Part shown: positions 53,694-64,000 of the stretch, piece after piece
Numbering within the stretch: the stretch's first letter is position 1
Layout: every line of letters begins with the position of its first letter
The notes under the pieces: generated by a model
What the model was told of the DNA's origin: nothing
What the model saw: the letters and a program-made list of their open reading frames with translations, nothing else
Database searches by the model: none
Assembly: GCA_032718475.1 (NCBI GenBank)
Contig: JAUCBJ010009048.1
Location: 124,001 to 188,000 of the forward strand
Origin: Nemertoderma westbladi
Taxonomy: Eukaryota > Animalia > Xenacoelomorpha
DNA length: 64,000 nucleotides
Direction of reading: 5' to 3'
Translations under genes and position numbers: made by a program

Positions 53694-56600
53694 TAGTGAG
53701 CGATGTTCAGGCGCCATTGATGTTGACAAATGTTGTATTATCTAGGATACTGTATTGTCACACCTAAGCCATAAGGTACAGTATATTTGTTAACTACAAA
53801 TTTAATATATTCCTACGGTATACTGGTAAAATTTAATATATTCCTACGGTATACTGGTAAAATTTAATTACCTTGTGTTTGGAGTCTCCATGTGCCTGGC
53901 TGGCAATACTTACAGTCAGAAGTATAATAAATGAAATCTAAAAAATCAAAGTCCAACCTAATTTGACCCGGGATTGTAATCAATAACCTTGTGGAGGATG
54001 GAGCTTACTGTATTACAGTTAGAGCAACATTGTTGATTACTCTCAAAATTAAAACTGTAACCGCTGTTCTATTGTGTTTAGTTTATTGTTTTGGTTAAAA
54101 TAACGTGCCACTGTAACCTGCTCCTTGAGAATTTAACATTGAGGCGGGATGTTAATTCGCCGAGAATATGGGATTTGCGTCCAGTGTCCCTCCTGTCTCC
54201 CTACAGCACAATTGTAATACTGTTTAATAATGTGAAACACTGTTTAATAATATATAAATAAAATAATAATGTATAATTAAAAAAATATGCAATAAAATAA
54301 AACTGATAAGGTGGGAGTGACAGTTTGGTACTTGTACGAATGTGCAAATAAAGGACATGCCATCTAAAACATCGATGTTTACATAGTGGAGTCTAACTAC
54401 ATTGCTAAATAGATAAGGTAAAAGCAAAAGAAAGAATAAGATTATATAATTAATGTATATAGGCATATAAGATGTATGAATAAGGTCATGAAAAGTGTTG
54501 CCGAGACAGGCAACAACAGATCCCATCGAATGAATATTTCGTCTAGGCCAATTAACAATGTTAATTAGCGCGGGGCGGTGTAAGGTTATAGTTGTAATCC
54601 AAATTATATAGCCAGTTTGTTTAAGAAAAAAGGAATTCAAAAGCAGTAAAGTAGAAATGTGTAGTTTACATACTGTGGCACATGGTTTATGGCCACGACC
54701 TTTTTATAACTACTGCACACCAATACAAAAGTTTGTGTAAGATACTGTATACACCATGACCCGTAATATAGTGTTATTTTCTGATGACACGGACCCCCCC
54801 GCCCAAATTGATATTTAATTATATTTTCATGGTTTCAATTTGTTTCTATAAAAATTTCAAAAGGCGCGAATCAATATAGGGTGTAGACCTATATCATTTG
54901 AAATGTTTACATGGTTTTTTTGAAGCGTTGGTACATTCGGTGTTGCGAGTTTGCTCTTGCGAGAGAGGGAATAACATCGCAGGGTCATAATTACTGTATA
55001 TAGTATATCTATTCCTATGTAAAATAAATTAGTAGTTAATTAATATTATATCAATCATATAATAGTCAATTTTAAATCAAAACTGTAATTATAAAAAAAA
55101 TATTTCCAGGAGAAACTGTTCAACTAAACCCAGTCAATTAATTAATAAATCCCACAAGTCCAACAAAAACTTTACTTGGCTATGAATGCTATGATTAATT
55201 TATTAGCTTACTGCGATGTTTCAATGCAGTATTTCACTCATAAGCTAATGGCATAGGCGGGCCAACCAGCACGCATTCACCTATCAATTCCAGCCCACCG
55301 AGCAAATACTACTGACAGCTGGAATTTCCTAGTGGTGCAGTGAGGCATGATGTTGCATATTGATTGGGGGCGCCTAACATGCAATGGTAGCTAATGCACG
55401 GCCTTCATCGTATAGGCAGTCGATACTGTTACTGGGAATATTTAGCAAGCGCCGCCTATGCACTATGCAGCCACTGTGGGTGTTTGAGAGATTAAATCCC
55501 CCCCATCCGTCTCACCGACGCACCACCAGTGCCAGATACATATTTTACCTGGACTAACAACATAGCCAAAGACCAATACAACAACTAACAGTAAGTGTGT
55601 CAGCCTAAAAGCAAACACCCATTAGCGGTGCACCCACTCAAAGGCACTTCTAAATACTGCACACTTAATTAAATTCGCACTGCTTTTAGACACACAGACA
55701 CCAAAGTGCCCCCCCCCCCCCCCCCCCCCTACCTCTTTGATATGTGTTTGAGACGTCTTGATAGGATATGTCCAGGAAGCTGAAAGACTGGGTTTGGTAT
55801 TGTATTGATTTCTTATGAAGTGGCTGGTCAAATAAATACCAGGTTTTCAATCGGAATTGATCTATCGGAATTTAATTGAAATTTTATTTACGAAGAATTA
55901 TTAGATTAATTAAACAATATTTTAATTATGATATTGTATTGACAATATGAATGATTAATTATGATATGAATGTCGGCGTTGTAATTCCGGAATTGAGTTT
56001 CAATCAGCAACGTCAATTAACTTTATTGAATTTAATAAACTTTGCTAACAATATTTATAGTTCTAAAGTTTCCAAGATTATATGTGTGATAGCAGTCGAG
56101 AAGTGACTTTGAGCAATTAGTTTGGCCGAGAGGATTAAAGAATGTCCGTTGCCATATCCTCCAGAATCACCTAGCACTGATGATGTCAAGCCTTTCTTCG
56201 TCACTGGTTTGTTAGAGTACCATGTGTGACTGTCTCACTCAGTGGTTGAAGTATGGGTTCGATTTGGACATCATGGCACACATCCGTCATCATTTTGTAT
56301 TTCTCACCTCGTTATGCCGTGCCGTTATAAATCCACCTGTTTTGCATGTTAGTGCATGTCTGATGTCGAAAGGTTTGCTACAGACACACGTCGTAGGTAG
56401 GTTTATTCAATTGGAGCCCATGCCATATCCTGACTGCATCAGTGAAGTTGATAGTCGGCCTATAGGATATGTAATTCTGACATTCTGTAGTGCATCAGCT
56501 GATCAGCACGGTTTAAAGGGTTGAATGCATTGTCTGCATCTACTGTACAAGTACCTATAGGATGCACTCAGTTGTGGGGCCGCCAAGGATCTCATTCATA

Positions 56601-56901
56601 CTGCAGCATGCACGGCAGATACAATTCCTCCCATCAGGTTCCCAGAGAGTTGCAAGGGCCCTGCACAAGCTCTGATGTCATCCCTGAAGGCACTGACAAT
56701 ACTGTACAGTAGTTGTTGTTATAATACGTCACGTCTTACTAACTCTCCTATTCCAAGCGGTCTAACACCTGGGTTTTTATCAAGACCAAGAAGTCTCCCA
56801 GCCAAAATAGGTTCTTATGGTGTAAGATCAAATTCTATCGTTGCTAGCTTCTTGGCTTTTGTTAATGTTTCCTTATCAAGAGTTTTCTATCTTATAACCT
56901 G

Positions 56902-57135
56902 TATGAGGCGCCGTTAACGCCAAAAGGTCAGCAATAATATTAAAGGTTTTAAAAAGAATATTAGAGAATTTCAAAACATATTTTCGACCGAATTTTTGGC
57001 CGAAATATATTGTTACATATTTTCAGCTCTTCAATTTGATGTCATTTTCGGCCGAAATTTCGGCCGAAATATTTTATTACATTTTCAGCTCTTCTATTTT
57101 ATTACATTTTCGGCCGCTTTTAACGGCGCCTCATA
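56902..57135. mobile_element. MITE
   Basis: TIR TATGAGGCGCCGTTAA; flanking direct repeat AACCTG(TA). Confidence 0.65.
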
Positions 57136-57144
57136 AACCTGTAC

Positions 57145-57230
57145 TTAACCCTATTAGTACCGGGCTATAAAATGCTGTACAAATACCGGGGGGGGGGGGG
57201 GGGGTCATATTGACCCCTCCCTCTAAAATC
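57145..57230 (+). mobile_element. piggyBac-like left end
   Basis: TTAA|CCCT...GGGGTCATATTGACCCC; no matching right end identified. Confidence 0.3.
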
Positions 57231-58041
57231 TACAAATATTATCGAAAACGTCTGATTTTTTGTTTGTACGTAGGTATCACTAGTCTGGCTCTGGATCAGA
57301 CCGAAAAAAAAATTTCGAAAAAATGTACTGGGGTGGTAATATTGCAGCACCAAAATTACAACTAGTGCACAATTTTCACAAAATGTGAAAGTTACATTTT
57401 TCGGCTATTTGTTTTTCAATACAGGATTTCTGGGGCGCAAAATATATTGGAAAATATTTAAAAATGATATGATTACCTTAAATGGCTGTTTAGTCCTCTC
57501 TGCGTAGGAAAAAAATGAAAAAAACAAGTAACCAGCACTTTTCAGTTAGAACACAAAATTTTTACTTCACTTATACGATGCTATAAATTCACATTTTCAG
57601 GTTTTCTAGGGCGCTGATTCTAATGGAATACATTTCAAATATGCCAGATCATTGCTACTTGTATTTTTCGGCGTAATTTGGCAAATTTTGGTGCTACCAC
57701 CAAATTCCGTACCCATCATCAAAAAGTACAAGTTTGCGATCCCCAGTGCTGTTTTTATTGATTCCATCGTATTCAGGACCCTCATAAACCCGTATAACGC
57801 AAGAAACAAGATGATACTATCTACTGATCAATTTACTCATTTTCCAAAATTTGGTGCTGGCACAACAATTTTCACCCACCGGCGAAAAATACAAGTTTGA
57901 AAACTCTTATGAAATTTGTTCTGAATCCATTGAATTCAGAACCCTAACAAACCGGTATAACGTAAGAAACAAGGTGACACAATCAATTGATATATTTGAG
58001 GTTATTTATATATTGTACATGGTGTAATATTGAGGTTATAG

Positions 58042-58549
58042 TTGGGTCGCTAAAGGTAGAAGTTCTGTTGGCAGCGTCTTGGAGTAGGCCTACAGATGCA
58101 ACGAAGGTTACATAATGTCTGGGAAATCCGAAATAAAATGTATATCTAACTGGAGTCCTAAAGATATATGGGGGCAGTGGTTACCTGGACTCCCACAATG
58201 CCATCTGCCGTTGCCGCCCCCGGGGTCAACAAAAACGTCCGAATTATCTGGAGATACAAATTCAATGTTTCTTTACATCGGTTTGGGAGTTTTGGGTTTT
58301 GTGTTGTCGGTGTCGCGATTTTCGTTCTAGTAATGGTGCGTCGAAGAGCCAGTGATGGTGACACTAAGCAGACAGACAGTAGCATCGAAGGTTCCGCAGA
58401 GAACTCTAAGTATATATCGTACGATACAGACGGTAACATTCGCGATGGGAGTCTCAACACTGGCTACATGAGAAGTCCAGGGAAATAGTCCAGAGAAATC
58501 CTCCCAGTGCCACCGACTGTAGGGAACATGAGAGGAACATCATTAGAAG
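58042..58549 (+). pseudogene. Decayed exon of a Sushi/CCP-domain type I membrane protein
   Basis: SVGSVLE*AYRCNEGYIMSGKSEIKC...GQWLPGLPQC, then a TM split by a frameshift (FLYIGLGVLGF/VVGVAIFVLVMVRRR), and a second stop at 58486. Confidence 0.6.
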
Positions 58550-59789
58550 GTTTGTTAAAAATCGTATAATTAATATTAATCTAAATCTTATAAATCTTAA
58601 ATCGTTAAGGTATTACATTATATATATATTACACCCCCCTATGGACATTTTTTGCAAATGGCTATAATTTACGCTTGTTTGTAGTTTTGTATATTTTATA
58701 CCTTTCGGGGGATTAACATTTGGCCAAAGATTGCGTTCAAATAAAAAATTTTCAAATTTGCGTCGCCATCGGCGTCTCTAGCGGCCATCAGCGAAATTGT
58801 TAATTTCACTACAAACACTACTAGTCTCACAATTTTGGGCGAAAATTTTCGAAACTTGGTTTTTTTGAATCAGCATCCTCGGCTCCACAATTATTAATTT
58901 AATTTTAATTTTTAATTTTATTTTTTTAATTAATTATTATTTAATAGATATTAACTAATTTCAAGAAATTACTATGGCACAATTCGAAATTATAACCGAT
59001 AACTTTTGATCAAAACCGGAAAATAAATCAAACAATAAAAAAATTTCGAAAATTGGTTACGAAATGGCCGAGTATAAGTAGTATTTTGAATGTGAAAAAT
59101 ACAATTCCGAGATAAAACGCATTTAAAGTTTAAGAACAATATATTTCAAATGTTCCCGCCGCTATTTTCACATATTGGTATCTCCTTTTCTTTTCCCAAT
59201 GATTATCCCCTATCCATTTTGTAATTTCTCAATGGATTTCATGAAATTTGGTTCAAATAAACCCCTACCGACTTTTAAGAACCTGTTAAAATAATTTTAG
59301 AGTGCTTGTCAAAAAACATTTCGCGCAGCACGTGAACAAATTTCATTTTGGCGTATTAATTTGATCGCATACTATTTCGTCATTTAGTAATAAATAGTCA
59401 TGGAATAATGAGACAACCTTAAGAAACATTCAAAACTATATAAAAATTTCCACATAATTTTATAATAAGCCTTTACACAGAACATTAAGCTTTGCGCAGC
59501 ACGTGAATCCTTCGCGCAGCACTTGAGACACTCGCCCAGAACGTGAATTATTCTCAGAGCCTGTGGAATTTCAAAAAAAATAAGTTTATGGTTGTTTCCC
59601 ATAATTATTATTACCAGCTATTGTTATATGATGGTTCACATTTCTTATTACTAGTAGACAACTATTCCATTAGACAACTGTTCAATATGTAATACAAAAC
59701 TCACAACTATATATTAAATATATATTAATTACAATTAGCACTTCAGTCAATGGATGAAGACCAATCCACCGATTCAATATACCAGAATA

Positions 59790-61197
59790 TAATAACAGCC
59801 CAAAAGGAATCAGCTAAGAGGCATATTCCCCAGAATCCCAAAAGAAAACAGTATGCGCCATGGCAAAACTCTGAGGTTACTTGTAAGAGAGAAGATCTTA
59901 AGATAGCCTACAAGCCTTAAAGTTAAAACCGAACAACCAACAACCGAAAACATTAACAAGGTTGAGAAAGCTAAGGACGATCTTAAATTGGCCTACAACA
60001 TCAGCCAGGAAAAGTACATTCAGGATACTACTACTAGGATCGGCATGCTGCATTGCAGCTGCATTTTTAAGAATGCTGTGCCGGCTTATCGACAAAGTTG
60101 CACCGCCACAACTCCGTATCACCCATGACATTTGCTAGATCATCCGCATCTTCAAGGCCAGTGTCCTTTAAGATGCGTCTCAAGAAAGTCATGGGCTGTC
60201 CGCCATGTTTATTCACTCCATGAGGCTGCCAAAGTACAAGATTATGCACTGGCTGGTCCTCACGGCGAAAGCAATGTCCTGCAAAGCGGAGGCGATTTTG
60301 TTCTAGTGTCAAGCTTGGGGGAACCAATGAGAAACCTCCAATGTTATACAAACATACAGGATAAAATTGAAGCAATTACAACTGCTCACAGACAGCAACA
60401 ATCAAGACTTACCTTGCAAACTGTAAATGAGGTATCTGGTCGGAAAAGTTGTGCAAAGGGGCGCCTCAAAGCCGATAGTCCTGAAGAACGTGTTGGACTG
60501 TGGAAAAATCACTTCAGCAACTTGCTTGGGCAGCCACCAAACATCGAGGTCAGCCCTACAAGGAAAATATATGACAAGACACTACCTATAGAAACTAAAA
60601 TTAAAAGCATGTCCAATAATAAAGCGAGTCGATTAGATGAAATCCGAGCGGAGGTATGGAAATCAGGAGTGCTAAACAGACCATTATTGAATGTTTGCAA
60701 CCGGATGTTAAAAGGGGAAAAGCCACCACCAATTTGGACTAAAGGTCAACTAAAGCCTATCCCCAAGAAAGGAGACCTCGGTATACCAACAAACTATCGT
60801 TTAAATTGGAAAGAAGTCGAAATGATGCCGTTCGTGGAGAATCCATAATTATAACTACCAACAAACTATCGTGGGATCTGTCTGCTTGTGGTAGCTGCCA
60901 AAATATACATTAAAATGATTCTATATAGGATTAGGCCTTACATAGAGAAACTACTGCGTAAGAGCCAAAACGGATTTCGACTAAGTAGATCAACAATAGC
61001 TCAGATACTTGCACTACGGAGACTGATTGAAGGAATTAAGTCAAAGAATCTCCCCGCAGTCATGACTTTTGTGGACTTCAAGAAGGCATTCGACTCCGTC
61101 CATAGAGGCAAAATGCTTAAAATCCTAAGAGCTTATGGAATACCAGAAGTAATTGTTGCTGGCATTGGATTGTTATATTGTGACACAGAAGCGCAGG
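59790..61197 (+). mobile_element. RTE-type LINE fragment (linker and RT N-half), degenerate
   Basis: ERVGLWKNHFSNLLG, PIPKKGDL..TNYR, QNGFR and FVDFKKAFDSVHRGKM; cut off at 61197. Confidence 0.85.
60028..60351 (-). mobile_element. 5'-truncated RTE copy nested antisense in the RTE
   Basis: 12-bp TSD ACAT(T/A)CAGGATA at 60016 and 60352; (TAG)n tail; the host reads QEKYIQDKIEAI once it is removed. Confidence 0.85.
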
Positions 61198-61199
61198 TA

Positions 61200-63289
61200 C
61201 AGTCCCAATCCCAATAAACATTAACTTGGTCGTTTTGGCGGCCAAAATGACCAAAATCACCAAAAAAATGTAGTGTATTCCTATGGGCTACTTGGTCGTT
61301 TTGGCGAAGCGATTTAACTCGAATCAGCTCAATCCAGACAGTCTGTCTCCTTGGCCATCCATTTGGTGGATCTGACTAAATGTCGGCTCGCTTTCATTTT
61401 TATTATTGACAGATTGTTAACTTACCCGGCGCTGAGCCTTGCAGTACTGGAGTCTGCCCACTGAGGCATTGATAGAGTACAAAGTCTTATAAAAGGAGTT
61501 AAATGGGGCTTCGTTAAAGGTGGAGTATGTATAATAATCTGAACGCCCCGAAATTAATTTATGGACGTTCCAAAATTAATTTATGGACGTCCCGAAATTA
61601 ATCTATCGACCAATCAGAATCGTAATGAAATAACTAATTAATGGACGTCCATAAATTAATTTCGGGATGTTAATTTCGGAAATTAATTTCAATAATATTT
61701 TTTTTTATAATAAAATTTTTTTTTAATATTTTTTTTACAATGTTATAATTCGCGGGCACTGCGGGGTGAGTACAAAACAAAGACCCAATTATAAAGACCT
61801 GCATAATCTTGTTACATGTGTTAACTTTCGTTAATTGTTTTGAATCCCCCGTCACGCCTCTGTAACTTGCTCCTTTACTAACCTGCTCCTTTAAATAGCA
61901 ATGGCACCTAACGCTCATGTGGGACCTGTACAAAACAAAGAGGTAAAGTCGCGTACGTCCCAAAGACCGTTAGGTTCCAAAGAGCTTTAGGTCCCATTGC
62001 CAGAGAGCGTGAGGTCACATTGCCATTTAAAGGAGCAGGTTAGTAAAGAAGCAGGTTACAGAGGCGTTGTTGGGGAACCAAAACAATAAACGAAAGTTAA
62101 CACATGTGTTTTGTATTTGTACAGGTCTTTATTATTTGGGTCGTTGGTCTTTGTTTTGTAGTCACCCGACACTGCGGTGTTGCGTGGGGGCCACCAATCC
62201 ACCCACCCACACTCAACTCCCAACTTCCTGGACACTAGGATACTGAGTGAAAGCGTCTGAAACTACTACAGGAACTCCATGACAGACTATGGGCTAGCGA
62301 TTAGGGACTGGCGCCCTTGAACATGTAAACTGTAGGGGCCTAGTACCTACTTTACACCTACCTTAAAGTGACCTGTGGGACCAGCCCATTATTAGTGAGG
62401 TCGGCATTTCTCTTTATCCTGCCGCTCTCTTTGTATTACAATAGCATACAGCTAACCAATGGCAATGGTCTCCTCCCAGTGCGGGAAAGACAAGCTGGCT
62501 ACCATTGGAATGAATAGGGGAAGGATAATAGGGTGTGTTCGTGTTCCCATCCTAATGTCTGTCGTCTTGGCTCAGCTAAGCTTAAACAGAGCCACAGCCT
62601 TACAATAGAGCTTTACCTAAATACACTTCCAGTGAGCCAAGCAGTAGTGGCGGGTTAGCTCCAAAATGCCCATGTAGGATTTCTTAGTAAAAGGACCATC
62701 AATAATAGTCAACCCCATCTGCTTCAATTTGAAGAAAATAATTAGATAATAATACTCATAATTAAAACTATTACATAATTATTATAACTCTAGTAAACAA
62801 AACAATATATCATTCGGGGGATGGAATATATAGGTCATCTAATTAATTGTTTAAAGATTAGCAAACAATACAGTGTAATTGAATTGATCAAATCCATAAA
62901 TAAAACGTGGATACAAAATAAAAATCGGGATGCAAAATATAAATTTCTGAGCTAAGAAAGGGAAATTGGATACTGTACAACTTGTCTGGATACAAGCGGT
63001 CCGTTTACCTTACAAAATGAAAAATAAACGTGCGAAATATAAAACTGTACGGAACTGTCCGGGGGGGGGGGGGGGGGGGGGGTTGGGGAGGGAATGTCCG
63101 GAAATCGAAGCCTTTTTTATCTGCCAACATCCTGGGCTTTACTTACACTCAGCCTCTATTCACTGGCTGTGATTGACAAGCCAACTTGCCTCAGAAGTTC
63201 CTTTCATGAATGCCGCAATTTATATTTGGCCATTTTGGTCGTTTTGGCCGCCAAAATGACCAAGTTAATGTTTATTGGGATTGGGACTG
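61200..63289. mobile_element. Non-autonomous Tc1/mariner/pogo-like TIR element
   Basis: ~58-bp TIRs CAGTCCCAATCCCAATAAACATTAACTTGGTC...; TA on both sides; contains a nested foldback element at ~61764-62168. Confidence 0.85.
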
Positions 63290-64000
63290 TAGTTGGATTA
63301 ACATGTGTCCTGCACGGGTTAGTGTAGCTGATGAGCCAAATCCCGGCGAAACACATATGCAAAAATGTAACCAATGTGATAATTTTACTTACAGTATTTA
63401 AACAGGGTTGCGCTTTGTGTCCCTGCTTAAATAAAACGATGACTACTTACGGTTGAACAGATAGGAACATGTTGTTTCTCTGTTTCCAAATAATTTTACT
63501 TGCTTGATATTGGTCTGTCAAAAACATAATTCGTTCAACTCAAAATTATATTTAAGAGACCGGATCATGCTGAACATGGTTGTATAAAATGCCTTCCTAT
63601 TATTTTATTTTTATTATAATTAGCAACCATGCACTAGACAAATTATCTCATATAGTGTTGCTAAGGAAATGATTGCTTATTTGATCTGGAATGCAATACT
63701 ATTTTGTTTATTATGTATGTGTGTGTGTTTAGCTGGGTTTTGGTGTAGTTAGTTGGATTAACATGTGTCCTGCACGGGTTAGTGTAGCTGATGAGCCAAA
63801 TCCCGGCGAAACACATATGCAAAAATGTAACCAATGTGATAATTTTACTTACAGTATTTAAACAGGGTTGCGCTTTGTGTCCCTGCTTAAATAAAACGAT
63901 GACTACTTACGGTTGAACAGATAGGAACATGTTGTTTCTCTGTTTCCAAATAATTTTACTTGCTTGATATTGGTCTGTCAAAAACATAATTCGTTCAACT
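63290..64000. repeat. 460-bp tandem duplication (second copy runs off the window)
   Basis: The sequence starting at 63290 restarts at 63750. Confidence 0.9.

Noticed and set aside
56090-56900. Possible old LINE remnant on the - strand
   Set aside because: The composition is suggestive, but no diagnostic motif could be read with confidence.
8260-63082. Long G/C homopolymers as G4 regulatory elements
   Set aside because: Scattered, mostly inside TEs or introns, and homopolymer length is assembly-prone; there is no supporting pattern.

Overview
Eukaryotic (invertebrate-like animal) genomic DNA, AT-rich and dense with repeats. There are two intact, convergent host genes. The first is a 3-exon TRIM23/ARD1 (RING-B-box-coiled coil-ARF, ~597 aa, + strand, 13028-28181). 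The second is a 3-coding-exon FGFRL1/nou-darake-like receptor (3 Ig, TM, His-rich tail, ~512 aa, - strand, 47103-44198). A decayed Sushi-TM exon lies near 58 kb. The left end is a BEL/Pao LTR retrotransposon (- strand) whose gag is split by a 5'-truncated CR1/L2-type LINE. Other mobile elements are a complete Merlin/IS1595-like DNA transposon with 8-bp TSD, several RTE fragments, MITEs and a probable non-autonomous Helitron. Three large minisatellites have 33-, 36- and 25-bp units. Most notable: (1) the 33-bp array is about 227 near-perfect copies of TRIM23's own exon 2 splice-donor junction; (2) an in-frame gag-(UGA CUAG)-polyK-LINE RT chimaera; (3) recurrent TA-xx-TA motifs that look like excision footprints, one of which stops a coding exon; (4) a 146-bp-period array of CTCF-like motifs in the Helitron; (5) loss of the NKxD motif in the TRIM23 ARF domain. 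All coordinates and counts are by hand; no database searches were run.
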